Below are positions 19,215-29,026 of a stretch of 64,000 bases of DNA, in pieces. The position numbers and the translations under genes were made by a program. The notes beneath the pieces were generated by a model. That model saw only the letters and a program-made list of their open reading frames with translations. It did no database searches and was not told the DNA's origin. The stretch is from a virus: positions 1 through 64,000 of IMG/VR virus record IMGVR_UViG_3300027763_000038; one strand, 5' to 3'. Within the stretch, counting starts at the first letter, position 1. The number at the start of each line of letters is the position of its first letter.

Positions 19215-19257
19215 TAACTTGGGATCTCTATTCCATATATTAGCTAAAGGGTAAGCC

Positions 19258-19986
19258 TTGAGAAAAAATAAAACCACCAAGAAAAGGTCCAAGGTCATCG
19301 ATGCTACTAAAGAACTCCCCATCCCAGAAATTTACAGAAATAGGCTAAAACCCAGATCAGAAAACCAAAAGCAATATATCAGAGATATAGCAGAAAATGT
19401 TATTACATTCTGTCAAGGAGTTGCTGGTAGTGGCAAAACACATATTGCTGTTGGTATGGCTTTAGAATATTTACTGGACGACAAGGTAAAAAAGATTATT
19501 ATTACCAGACCAGTAGTTGAATCAGGAGAAAAGATTGGATATTTGCCCGGAACAGCAGAAGAAAAATTACATCCTTATCTATTACCATTATTAGATGAAG
19601 TAAATCATTTCATACCTAGTGCTAAATACGCTAGTCTTAAAACTAATAATAAAATAGAAATTGTTCCTCTTGGATTAATGAGAGGACGTAATTTTCATAA
19701 TGCTTTTATCGTAGCAGATGAATGTCAAAATGCTTCGTATGATCAGTTAAAAATGTTACTAACAAGAATTGGTACTAACAGCAAAATGGTATTAACTGGG
19801 GACGTTAGTCAATCAGATTTACACAGACATATGCAGGGTGGTTTTTGGTCTATGACAAATGCCTTAGCTGATATTGAGGGTATTGCTGTTGCTAGACTAG
19901 AAGCATCAGATATTGTTAGAAATCCAATTATAGGAAAAATTATCGGACGACTAGACAACTACGAAAAAGATGAAACCTCAAAATAG
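19258..19986 (+). CDS. phoH: PhoH-like ATPase
   Basis: GVAGSGKT, RP.VE.GE.IGYLPG, MRGRNF, DECQN, TGD..QSD, VRNP; TTG start. Confidence 0.95.
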   Translation: MRKNKTTKKRSKVIDATKELPIPEIYRNRLKPRSENQKQYIRDIAENVITFCQGVAGSGKTHIAVGMALEYLLDDKVKKIIITRPVVESGEKIGYLPGTAEEKLHPYLLPLLDEVNHFIPSAKYASLKTNNKIEIVPLGLMRGRNFHNAFIVADECQNASYDQLKMLLTRIGTNSKMVLTGDVSQSDLHRHMQGGFWSMTNALADIEGIAVARLEASDIVRNPIIGKIIGRLDNYEKDETSK

Positions 19987-20551
19987 TAGATGCTTAATTT
20001 TAAATGCTGATTACACCCCACTAGGTATCATCTCTTGGAAAAGAGCTTTGGTGTGGTCTTTCAGACACGATGAGAATTCTCATGTAGGTGTAGAAATTAT
20101 AGATTTCTATAAAGATGATCATATCTGTGGTGCTAACAATAAAAAAATACCGATACCAGCAGTAGTTAAAACAGCAAAATATTTTCGTCTAAATCTCCAG
20201 AGCGTTAATTTTTCTAGAAAAAATTTATTCATTAGAGATAATTATAGCTGTCAGTATTGTGGTTCTGAAAAAGAAATCAATCAATTAACTTATGATCATG
20301 TTATTCCTAAATCTGTTTGGAACAAAAATATAGGATCACCTACTTGTTGGACAAATATTGTTACAGCTTGTGTTGAGTGTAACCGCAAGAAGGGTAATAG
20401 AACACCAAAAGAGGCCAATATGCCTCTTAGAAATCTTCCAGTAGTACCAAATAAAAGTGCAAAGTACTTGCCAGTTAGAGGACTTCTTCTTAAGATAAGG
20501 TCAGACATTCCCAAGGAATGGACGATTTACCTTCCAGAGTCTTATTTATAA
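19970..20551 (+). CDS. HNH endonuclease
   Basis: LILNADY.P, RDNY.CQYCG, TYDHVIP, N.VTAC.ECN..KG. Confidence 0.92.
   Translation: MKPQNSRCLILNADYTPLGIISWKRALVWSFRHDENSHVGVEIIDFYKDDHICGANNKKIPIPAVVKTAKYFRLNLQSVNFSRKNLFIRDNYSCQYCGSEKEINQLTYDHVIPKSVWNKNIGSPTCWTNIVTACVECNRKKGNRTPKEANMPLRNLPVVPNKSAKYLPVRGLLLKIRSDIPKEWTIYLPESYL
20468..20496 (+). promoter_or_regulatory. Sigma70-type promoter TTGCCA-N17-TAAGAT inside the HNH gene 3' end
   Basis: Near-consensus hexamers with 17-nt spacer, upstream of the replication operon. Confidence 0.5.
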
Positions 20552-20901
20552 TGCCGTGCTATACATATTGTTGCGAAAAGTGTGAAGCTAAATTTGAATT
20601 AGTAGTTCCCATCAAAGACTATGTGGATCAACCAAAGTGTGAACATTGTAATAGCAAGAAAACATACAGACTATATATGGAAGATATTAAAACTCTCAAT
20701 ACTTCCATCAAAAAGTCAGATAGCGAACTTAAGACACTTGGCGATTTAGCTAATCGTAATAGAGATAGGCTTAGTCAAGACCATAAGATAAGTTTAGAAA
20801 AAAAACATAACGACTATAAAGAAGAGCCATCTCAAAAAGAACTACCTAAAGGTATGTCTAGAATACAAAAACCTAAATTCAAAACTAAATGGACCTCCTA
20901 A
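20551..20901 (+). CDS. FmdB-family zinc-ribbon protein
   Basis: MPCYTY.CEKC...FE...P.CEHC.S; TAATG coupling sets the start at 20551. Confidence 0.85.
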   Translation: MPCYTYCCEKCEAKFELVVPIKDYVDQPKCEHCNSKKTYRLYMEDIKTLNTSIKKSDSELKTLGDLANRNRDRLSQDHKISLEKKHNDYKEEPSQKELPKGMSRIQKPKFKTKWTS

Positions 20902-20916
20902 GAAGGATCAGATACT

Positions 20917-21312
20917 ATGGATAATTTTATTTTTAATCCTGAGAGCAAATATTCATCAGAGAATATTGATGAAGAAATTGTTTCTGAGTTCTTTACTTTA
21001 TCTGGAATGGAAGACTTTTTGGATACAGATGATCTTCCACAAATAAAAACTGAAACAGATTCTGTTTTTGCTAAAAGAACAAAAAGGAAGAATGGAACAA
21101 CTAAATTTACTATTAGGCTAAGTAATAATGGTAAACTATATAATCCGGTATCTATTTTGGGTCAAGAAATTAATCATAGTTTTTTGAATAGAGTTTGTCG
21201 ATCAAATAATAAATTTGCTGAAGTAAACCAAAAGGTGTTTAATTGGTATGTCAAATTTTTAAAAACCAAAAATGTTGCATGGCTTCACAATGCTGAAAGA
21301 GAGAAAGAATAA
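20917..21312 (+). CDS. Hypothetical protein
   Basis: SD AAGGA; coupled operon member. Confidence 0.7.
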   Translation: MDNFIFNPESKYSSENIDEEIVSEFFTLSGMEDFLDTDDLPQIKTETDSVFAKRTKRKNGTTKFTIRLSNNGKLYNPVSILGQEINHSFLNRVCRSNNKFAEVNQKVFNWYVKFLKTKNVAWLHNAEREKE

Positions 21313-21653
21313 TGGCTAGAATTAATAAGATTCAAAAGTACGCTGCTCTATGGCTGAATAGTCAAGGGTGGGATTCTCCAAAGATTGCAAATGAACTATC
21401 TCTTACTGATAGTCAGGTTAAGAATGTTGTAGATAGTCCATCGACTACTCCTCAAGCTTCTATCAAAACTGTTTCTTCTCCTATGGGTAAATCTCCATCG
21501 AAGAACTTAATGATTAATGAAAGTGCTGGAGGTACTCGTAAAGTCTCTATTATGACTAAAGAAGCTTCTGCTATGAATGACGATCTAAAGAAAGCTAATC
21601 ATCCAGAAGGACGTAAGAATCAAAAGGGTATTTTCAGACCATTTAATAATTAA
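21312..21653 (+). CDS. Hypothetical protein with N-terminal HTH-like segment
   Basis: L.SQGW....IANELSLT.SQVK pattern. Confidence 0.65.
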   Translation: MARINKIQKYAALWLNSQGWDSPKIANELSLTDSQVKNVVDSPSTTPQASIKTVSSPMGKSPSKNLMINESAGGTRKVSIMTKEASAMNDDLKKANHPEGRKNQKGIFRPFNN

Positions 21654-21659
21654 ACTATT

Positions 21660-22076
21660 ATGATAGAATCATTTGAAAGCATATACGAACAATTGACAGA
21701 AGAAGAAAAACAGCTTCTGGCTAAGATAGAAAATAAACTAAATTCTGTTGTAGAAGAAATTAAGGATAATCGCTTTGTAAATATTGATACGGATAATCCT
21801 AATGTTGTTCCAGACTTTTCAGAAAAACATCCAGATTTGATACACCCCAAACATCTGACAATAGCTCCTCATGAAATTACATTTTTAATTAAAGCAGAAG
21901 TTTCTGAGATAGATGACAAAGGATATCTCGGTGAGATTAAAGAGATAGTAGAAAAATATTATCATGTACCAGTTAAAGCCAAAGACGATTATGAGATATA
22001 CATGAATAAATTTTTTGAGAAGTTTCATTCTTCCTTGGAAAGCGTTTGTCAGGAATTAAACCAGTTTAAAAAGTAA
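21660..22076 (+). CDS. Hypothetical acidic protein
   Basis: 138-aa ORF in a coupled operon. Confidence 0.65.
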   Translation: MIESFESIYEQLTEEEKQLLAKIENKLNSVVEEIKDNRFVNIDTDNPNVVPDFSEKHPDLIHPKHLTIAPHEITFLIKAEVSEIDDKGYLGEIKEIVEKYYHVPVKAKDDYEIYMNKFFEKFHSSLESVCQELNQFKK

Positions 22077-22495
22077 TGTGCGACAAATACATATCTAAGT
22101 ATTCTAATGGGAAAGAAGTGTCCCAGGCTCAGTTTATTACAGAGATTATCTGTGAACGTAAAGCTCAAAAAGACAAGCTAGATCTACATTATCGTTTTTG
22201 GGTACATAATAAGTGGGCAACTTTTTTCAGAAACCAAATAGGTTCAGCTCATAAGTTGCTTAAGACGTATTCAGCTAAGGCGATCATAAGGGCTCTCAAT
22301 ACTGATCAGGGGAAGAAAATCTATTCTTTGCGAGCACCCCATCTGCCTGCTATTATAGAACAACAAGAAATTAATATTACACAAGAAAACACAACTCTTA
22401 GTTTAAATATTGAAAGAAAAGATAATATCACCTTTGGTATTAAATCTCCAGTTTCTAAAAACATTATTTCCAAGCTTAAGGATTTAGATCAATGA
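22076..22495 (+). CDS. Hypothetical protein
   Basis: TAATG/ATGA coupling on both sides. Confidence 0.7.
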   Translation: MCDKYISKYSNGKEVSQAQFITEIICERKAQKDKLDLHYRFWVHNKWATFFRNQIGSAHKLLKTYSAKAIIRALNTDQGKKIYSLRAPHLPAIIEQQEINITQENTTLSLNIERKDNITFGIKSPVSKNIISKLKDLDQ

Positions 22496-23517
22496 GTCTC
22501 AAAGAAGATGTAATTAAAAATTTTGGTAATGAAATCATGCTAACGGCAAGCGCTGTTGTTGACAAGAAGCTCATTACGATTCCTGTGAGTCCTTCTCTGG
22601 ACATTATTTTAAATGGAGGTGTCCCAGAAGGAAGTTTTATGATTTTAACCGGACAACCCAAATGTGGAAAGACCACAACCTCTTTAGACTTCGCTGCCAC
22701 AGCACAAAAACCCGAATATGCTTATCAGGGATTCAAAGAGGGTAGAGAAGTGTACTACCTTAACATTGAAGGTAGATTAAAGAAAAGAGATCTAGAAGGA
22801 ATTCCAGGATTAAATCTAGATAGATTTCATATTATAGGTTCTCAGCAAGGTAAGATTTTACACGCAGAAGAATATCTTCAGATTGGCGAGAGAATTATTA
22901 ACGAAATTCCCGGATGTGTTCTAATCATAGACTCCTACTCTGCATTATGTACTGAAACAGAAATTACTTCCGATATGAATAAGATGCAAAGAGCAGATGG
23001 CGCTAAACTATTAGCTAAGTTTTGCAGGAAAGTGGCGAATGTTATTCCTGTGAATAGAAATATTGTTATTGGTATTACTCATCTTATGGGTAATCCGGGA
23101 ACCGGTCATGTTGAGTGGAAAGAAAAGAGTGGTCAGGCTATTGCTTATCAGACAGATATTAAACTAAGAGCTAAGTTCCACACAGCTTGGAAAATTGGGT
23201 CGGCAGAAGATGGTCAACAAATTGGTCAAGAAATTCAATGGCAAGTAATGTGTTCTGCGTTAGGCGCTCCCGGTGGGACTATTACTAGCTATATTCGATA
23301 TGGTCAAGGTATAGATAAGCAAATGGAATTACTTATGCTTGCAGTTGATATTGGCATTATACAAAAGGGTGGAGCTTGGTATACTCTAACTTCAGTTACA
23401 GACAAGCCCAAATTTCAAGGAACAGAGAAACTAAGACAATATATAGTAGATAATCCTTCTGTCTATGATAGCTTACTAGCACAAGTCAAGGAAACAATGG
23501 GCATTAAATGCAAGTAA
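22492..23517 (+). CDS. recA: RecA/UvsX-like recombinase
   Basis: SLDIIL.GGVP.G, Walker A GQPKCGKTT, Walker B LIIDS, C-terminal IIQKGGAWY....KFQG.E. Confidence 0.9.
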   Translation: MSLKEDVIKNFGNEIMLTASAVVDKKLITIPVSPSLDIILNGGVPEGSFMILTGQPKCGKTTTSLDFAATAQKPEYAYQGFKEGREVYYLNIEGRLKKRDLEGIPGLNLDRFHIIGSQQGKILHAEEYLQIGERIINEIPGCVLIIDSYSALCTETEITSDMNKMQRADGAKLLAKFCRKVANVIPVNRNIVIGITHLMGNPGTGHVEWKEKSGQAIAYQTDIKLRAKFHTAWKIGSAEDGQQIGQEIQWQVMCSALGAPGGTITSYIRYGQGIDKQMELLMLAVDIGIIQKGGAWYTLTSVTDKPKFQGTEKLRQYIVDNPSVYDSLLAQVKETMGIKCK

Positions 23518-23918
23518 AAGACCTTGATGGAAACATATGTAATTGGCAACTTATTGGAGGCATTGCTCATGGGAAGGCTAAAAACAAATCGTCCTTGCAT
23601 TTGGTTGCTAGGGACTTACTACATAAATGCTTCCCCACGATGCAAATTCTGGAAGAAGTGCCGATTCCTCTAAGAAGATCAGAAACTTTATACTTAGATT
23701 TCTATATCCCTCTATTAAAGAAAACAATAGAGGTACATGGAGAGCAACACTATAAATTTGTTCCCTTCTATCATAACACTTTGTTAGGATTTGTTAGACA
23801 TAAGAAAAGAGATCAAGAAAAACAGGAATGGTGTGATATAAATGGCATAACTTATATTGAGTTACCATTTCATGAAGATGTAGAACTTTGGTCTAATAGG
23901 ATAAAAAATGAGCAATAA
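23508..23918 (+). CDS. PD-(D/E)XK (DUF559/Vsr-like) endonuclease
   Basis: LDFYIP....IEVHGEQHY...RD..K..WC..NGI. Confidence 0.8.
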   Translation: MQVKDLDGNICNWQLIGGIAHGKAKNKSSLHLVARDLLHKCFPTMQILEEVPIPLRRSETLYLDFYIPLLKKTIEVHGEQHYKFVPFYHNTLLGFVRHKKRDQEKQEWCDINGITYIELPFHEDVELWSNRIKNEQ

Positions 23919-24402
23919 AACTGCTAAAGAAGAATTGCAAGATTGGGATAATCTTCTAGATGAATATGAAAACAATCTAGGACTACCTAGATATGCTGCT
24001 GGAGGTTTACCAGAAGCAGAGTTAAATAGTTATCTCTCTATGAACAGGGATGAACTAGAAAAATTAACACCAGAAGATTGTGGTCAGATTTCTTACAGAC
24101 TAGCACAGTTCTCTTTTCATGTTCAGAGAACCATTAATAGAGAAATAGCTAGATATAACTGGGCAGAAGATACTACTAAGATAGTGATAGCAGATGATAT
24201 CAATAACTATAAAGGTTATGGATACGTTGAAAAATCTAATCAGGCCATTAAACATAATGATAAAGCACAGTCCTTAAATAAAATTAAGATTTATGCTAAA
24301 CAAAGAACTGATAGACTATCGTATATAGCTAATTCTATTAAGAATCTGTCGGATATTCTGATTGCTATCCAAAGAATGAAAGTGACTAAACATGGACAAT
24401 AA
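23908..24402 (+). CDS. Helical protein, possible UvsY-like recombination mediator
   Basis: Coiled-coil character and position between recA and dnaB; family call tentative. Confidence 0.5.
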   Translation: MSNKTAKEELQDWDNLLDEYENNLGLPRYAAGGLPEAELNSYLSMNRDELEKLTPEDCGQISYRLAQFSFHVQRTINREIARYNWAEDTTKIVIADDINNYKGYGYVEKSNQAIKHNDKAQSLNKIKIYAKQRTDRLSYIANSIKNLSDILIAIQRMKVTKHGQ

Positions 24403-24778
24403 TATTAATCTAGATCCTCAACAAATACAGCAGATGATTTTAATGCTTCAATCAATGCTACCGAAGCAGGATGGCTCAGAACAGAAAAACTTGAAGACTA
24501 AAAAGAAAGCTCCTCGTACTAATAATAAAAGTAAAGAGTCAACATCAAAGCCTTCAAATAATAAATTTGATTCTATGATGGAAAAAAGAATGCACATGGA
24601 AGATATCGAAATAGATAAGAAATTAATAGTTCAACCTCCAGTTCCAAGAGCAAGACCATTTAATTTGGTGACTGCTACTTGTAGAGTTTGTGGAAAGAAA
24701 GAGACTGTTAATCCAGTACTGATTACAGACTCAATAGACAGATATAAGTGCAACAAATGTTCCGGAGCAGCAGGTTAA
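24392..24778 (+). CDS. Hypothetical protein with C-terminal Zn ribbon
   Basis: CRVCG...YKCNKC. Confidence 0.7.
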   Translation: MDNNINLDPQQIQQMILMLQSMLPKQDGSEQKNLKTKKKAPRTNNKSKESTSKPSNNKFDSMMEKRMHMEDIEIDKKLIVQPPVPRARPFNLVTATCRVCGKKETVNPVLITDSIDRYKCNKCSGAAG

Positions 24779-24779
24779 T

Positions 24780-26234
24780 ATGATACTTTGTGACGTTGCA
24801 GCAGAACGTGCTGTTTTATCTGGAATATGTAATTATGGCGAAGATGCCTATTTAGATGTTGCAGATATTATTCAGGATACTTCATTTACTATAGATAGTA
24901 ATTCTATCATTTTCAAATGTCTAAAAACTGTTTGTGAAAGAGAACAAAAGCCTAATATCGACGTAGCTACTATTTTTTCAGTAGCAGAAGAATTGGGCTA
25001 TGGACATATTTTAAGCAAAAAAGAAGAGGTACAGCATCTTAGAGCTATTATTGATTTTCCAGTAGCTTTAGATAATGTTCGTAAATTTGCTGCTAAAATT
25101 CGTAAACTGGAAATTGCCAGACTTTTACGCAAGCAACTAGAATTAGCTCAAGAAAAAATTCTAGATGTTAACGGTACAGAGCCTATCGGTTCTATTCTTG
25201 GTATTGCAGAAGAGACGATATTTAATTTTACTTCTTTACTAAATGATAGTGATAATAACCCTGTCACTATTGGTAAAGATCTGGATGCCTACATTCGTAA
25301 TCTTGAAGAGAATAAAACTGATCAGATTGGTATTCCTACTGGCTTTCCAGCATATGATCAAGCTATTGGTGGTGGTTTAAGAAAAGGCACAGTTAATGTT
25401 ATAGCTGCTCGTCCTAAAACTGGTAAGACTTTATTATCAGATAATATTGGTCGTAATGTAGCCAAACTAGGTGTTCCCGTGTTAAATATGGATACGGAAA
25501 TGAACAAAGAAGACCATATTAATAGAATCTTGGCTATGATGACTGAAATTGAAATTAATGCAATTGAAACAGGGAAGTTTGCAGAATCACCAGACAAAAA
25601 GACAAAACTACTACAGGCAGTAGAAGAAATCAAGAAAACACCATTTTATCACAAGAGCATTGCTGGTAAACCATTTGAAGACCAGCTAGCTATTATGAGA
25701 AGGTGGGTATTGAAAGATGTCGGTCTTAATGACGATGGAACAGCAAAAGATTGTGTTATATTTTATGACTATCTAAAACTTATGGATAGTGCTGGTATGA
25801 GCCAAGACCTAAAAGAATATCAGGTTCTTGGTTTCATGATGACCTCGCTGCATAACTTTGCTGTTAGATATAAGGTTCCTATTGTCGCCTTTATCCAATT
25901 AAATAGAGATGGCATTACCAAGGAAAGCACAGATACAGCAAGCGGTTCAGATAGAATCATTTGGTTGTGTAGTAATTTCAGTATCTTTAAGAGAAAAACT
26001 CCTGAAGAGATTGCTGAAGATGGTCCAGACAATGGTAATCGTAAATTAGTTCCTTTGATTAGTAGACATGGTGGTGGATTAGATGATAACGATTACATCA
26101 ACTGCCACATGAAAGGTTGGTGTGCAAAGATTACTGAAGGTAGAACAAGATTAGAAGTCATTAATAATAAAGGCGGCGCATCTGATGGATTTGTTGTTGA
26201 AGAACAAAATAATGAAGAAATCCCATTTGAATGA
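24780..26234 (+). CDS. dnaB: Replicative DNA helicase, DnaB family
   Basis: AE.AVL N-domain, GIPTGF..D..IGG, ARPKTGKT, DTEM, DYLKLM, QLNR, SRHG. Confidence 0.93.
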   Translation: MILCDVAAERAVLSGICNYGEDAYLDVADIIQDTSFTIDSNSIIFKCLKTVCEREQKPNIDVATIFSVAEELGYGHILSKKEEVQHLRAIIDFPVALDNVRKFAAKIRKLEIARLLRKQLELAQEKILDVNGTEPIGSILGIAEETIFNFTSLLNDSDNNPVTIGKDLDAYIRNLEENKTDQIGIPTGFPAYDQAIGGGLRKGTVNVIAARPKTGKTLLSDNIGRNVAKLGVPVLNMDTEMNKEDHINRILAMMTEIEINAIETGKFAESPDKKTKLLQAVEEIKKTPFYHKSIAGKPFEDQLAIMRRWVLKDVGLNDDGTAKDCVIFYDYLKLMDSAGMSQDLKEYQVLGFMMTSLHNFAVRYKVPIVAFIQLNRDGITKESTDTASGSDRIIWLCSNFSIFKRKTPEEIAEDGPDNGNRKLVPLISRHGGGLDDNDYINCHMKGWCAKITEGRTRLEVINNKGGASDGFVVEEQNNEEIPFE

Positions 26235-27363
26235 TCAACACAAGCTTAAAATAGTTTGTGATGAGGTATGTGATAATATTGATACCTTACTAGACTTTTT
26301 TAATATTGAGTACAGATCAAATAATAAGATGATTTCAATGGCTTGTCCTATCCACGGTGGAGACAACATTTCAGCTATCAATCTATATCCAGAAGGAGAT
26401 CGATATAGAGGTAATTGGAAGTGTAGAACACATGGATGTGATAAGGTATTCAAAGCATCCGTAATAGGTTTTATTAGAGGGGTATTATCTCATCAAAAGC
26501 ATGGTTGGGAAAAAGATGGAGATAAGGCCTGTTCTTTTAATGATGCTTTAGACTTTGCTCTCAAGTTTATTAAGAAAGATCTAAAGAATATCAAGATATC
26601 TGGCTCAGATAAAGATAAAAAGTTATTTACTAGTACTATTAACTATATTGGTAATGCTACAGCTACACAAACTTCAGTATCACAACTTCCTACAAGGGAA
26701 CAGGTGAGAAAGTCTTTAATAATGCCAGCTAAATATTATTTAAGTAGAGGATATTCATTAGAAATACTTGATAAATATGATATAGGATTCTGTAACAAGC
26801 CAAATAAAGAAATGTCTAATAGAGTTGTAGTTCCTATTTACAATAATGATTATACACATATGATAGGATGCTCTGGAAGAAGCATATCTGAAAAATGTAC
26901 AAAGTGCTCATCGTATCATGATTCAGAAGAAAATTGTCCATCTGATGAAAAGAAATGGTTGTCTTCTAAGTGGAAACATAGTGTAAATTTTAAAAGCCAA
27001 AATTGTTTGTATAATTTCTGGTTCGCTAAAGAACATATTATTAAAAGTACCGTAGCTGTTATTGTAGAAAGTCCAGGTAATGTATGGAGATTAGAAGAAA
27101 GTGGCATACACAACAGCGTAGCTATATTTGGTTCTTCTCTCAGTGATAGACAGAAAATCATGCTTGATTCTTCTGGAGCTATGACTATTGTTATATTAAC
27201 AGACAACGATGACGCTGGTAAAAAGGCTGCTGAACAAATTAAAGAGAAATGTAGAAATACATATAGAATATTTATTCCTCAAATCTCCAAGTCAGATATT
27301 GGAGAGATGACTAAATCAGAAATAGAAACAGAAATCAAACCATTCTTAGAAAGTATTGTATGA
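26212..27363 (+). CDS. dnaG: DNA primase, DnaG-type (Zn finger + TOPRIM)
   Basis: CPIH...WKCRTHGC, Y..RG, R.V.PI, G.SGR, IVE, TDND.AG. Confidence 0.88.
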   Translation: MKKSHLNDQHKLKIVCDEVCDNIDTLLDFFNIEYRSNNKMISMACPIHGGDNISAINLYPEGDRYRGNWKCRTHGCDKVFKASVIGFIRGVLSHQKHGWEKDGDKACSFNDALDFALKFIKKDLKNIKISGSDKDKKLFTSTINYIGNATATQTSVSQLPTREQVRKSLIMPAKYYLSRGYSLEILDKYDIGFCNKPNKEMSNRVVVPIYNNDYTHMIGCSGRSISEKCTKCSSYHDSEENCPSDEKKWLSSKWKHSVNFKSQNCLYNFWFAKEHIIKSTVAVIVESPGNVWRLEESGIHNSVAIFGSSLSDRQKIMLDSSGAMTIVILTDNDDAGKKAAEQIKEKCRNTYRIFIPQISKSDIGEMTKSEIETEIKPFLESIV

Positions 27364-27956
27364 CCAAAATTATAGCCTTTGCTGGCAGAAAACAATCTGG
27401 TAAAACAACCTGTGCAGAAGCTGTTTTAGGTTATTATAAAGCTAATCTAGGAGAAGATCGTTTTGTTAAGATATACAATTTTGCTGACCCACTCAAGCAA
27501 GAAATCTGTATTAATATTCTTGGCCTAACTCATCAGCAATGTTATGGAGAAGATGCTGATAAGAATACGGAGACAGACATTTCATGGGAAGGTAAAAATC
27601 TAACAGCAAGAGAAGTAATGCAATTTGTTGGTACTGATTTATTTCGTAAAATGAAAAATGATGTATGGACTAGTGCTACGATTAATAAAATCAATAATGA
27701 AAAACCAGACTTGGCTATCATAGCCGATTGTAGATTTCCTAATGAGGTCGAAGCTATTCAAGCTGTTGGTGGATTAGTAATAAAGCTTACTAGAAATCCA
27801 TATAATTCAGACCACCCAAGCGAAACAGCATTGGATCCAGAAAAGTACTCTGTATGGAAGTTTGATTCTTTTGTTCAAAATGATAGATTAAATATTTTCC
27901 AACAGTCAGAATTAATAGTAGCTTTCTTAAAAGAAAAAGGAATATTCACATTATAA
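27360..27956 (+). CDS. Deoxynucleoside monophosphate kinase (T4 gp1-like)
   Basis: GRKQSGKTT, FADPLK, REVMQFVGTD, DCRFPNE, H.SE. Confidence 0.9.
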   Translation: MTKIIAFAGRKQSGKTTCAEAVLGYYKANLGEDRFVKIYNFADPLKQEICINILGLTHQQCYGEDADKNTETDISWEGKNLTAREVMQFVGTDLFRKMKNDVWTSATINKINNEKPDLAIIADCRFPNEVEAIQAVGGLVIKLTRNPYNSDHPSETALDPEKYSVWKFDSFVQNDRLNIFQQSELIVAFLKEKGIFTL

Positions 27957-28990
27957 TTACATATCTTAGAAGTAGTTCTTATGGTACACATTCTATGTGT
28001 CCACAACAATATTTTTTTGAGTATATTCTTGGTTTAAGATCTCCATCTAATAAAAAAGCAGATAAAGGAACTATTTGTCATAAGGCTTTAGAAATATTAG
28101 CATTTATTAAACTTAATACCCAAAACAATAATCCAATTTTTGAGGATGATGTTGTGGGGAAAGTAGATATAAATAATTATAGCATTAAAAAAATAACTGA
28201 TCAAGTATATGAATATTATACTTCTCAGTTCACCCATCATGTTTGGGAACCAAAAGATCATAAGGATTGTCATGCATGGATTAATAAAGCTTTAGATTAT
28301 AATAAGGGAATGTTTGATCCTAGGAATAGACATATCGTTCAGCCAGAACAACGCTTTGATCTTGAGATTAAGAAACCTTGGTCATCTTACCGATATGAAA
28401 CTAAAGATGGAATCCTTGAAGGAAACCTTGCTATAAAAGGAACTATTGATCTTATCACTAAAGTCAACGATAATACTCTAGAAGTTATTGATTGGAAAAC
28501 AGGACGAAGATTAGATTGGGCTACTGGAGAAGAAAAGACCTTAGAGAAATTACAAAATGATCCTCAATTAAGAATATATCATTATGCAATTCAACATATG
28601 TATCCAGATATCGAACACGTAATGATATCCATTAATTTTATCAACGACGGAGGAGCATTCACTATTTGTTTTGATAAAACTGATTTATACAAAACAGAAA
28701 TAATGTTAAAACAAAAATTTGAGACTATTAAGAACACTCAAAAGCCACAACTAAATAAAAGTTGGAAATGCAGTAAGTTATGTCATTTTGGTAAAACTAC
28801 ATTTGCTAATAGTTCAATAGAGCCGTTAACAGAATATAGAGATGGTCAACTAACAGCTAAAGATCAATGTATGACAAAGTGTGAACAAGTTAAACATGAC
28901 ATAGACACGACCGGAATGAAAGCTGTCATTGACAAGTATCAGGCTCCCGGCTATAGTATAGGTCATTACAAGGCACCTGGCACCGTATAA
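27950..28990 (+). CDS. PD-(D/E)XK Cas4/RecB-like exonuclease (probable Fe-S), ATT start
   Basis: RSSS..T..MCP..Y, G.ICH..LE, GTIDL, IDWKTG, QL.IY, C..LCH...C; SD AAGGA 8 nt before in-frame ATT 27950. Confidence 0.85.
   Translation: MIITYLRSSSYGTHSMCPQQYFFEYILGLRSPSNKKADKGTICHKALEILAFIKLNTQNNNPIFEDDVVGKVDINNYSIKKITDQVYEYYTSQFTHHVWEPKDHKDCHAWINKALDYNKGMFDPRNRHIVQPEQRFDLEIKKPWSSYRYETKDGILEGNLAIKGTIDLITKVNDNTLEVIDWKTGRRLDWATGEEKTLEKLQNDPQLRIYHYAIQHMYPDIEHVMISINFINDGGAFTICFDKTDLYKTEIMLKQKFETIKNTQKPQLNKSWKCSKLCHFGKTTFANSSIEPLTEYRDGQLTAKDQCMTKCEQVKHDIDTTGMKAVIDKYQAPGYSIGHYKAPGTV
28929..28957 (+). promoter_or_regulatory. Sigma70-type promoter TTGACA-N17-TATAGT upstream of dnaE
   Basis: Perfect -35, 17-nt spacer, 5/6 -10. 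Confidence 0.65.
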
Positions 28991-29026
28991 CATTTTTAGT
29001 TATCACAAATAAACAAGGAGACAATT

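Noticed and set aside
27950-28990. CRISPR-Cas system suggested by the Cas4-like gene
   Set aside because: No cas1/cas2 or array; solo Cas4/RecB-like nucleases are common in phage replication modules.
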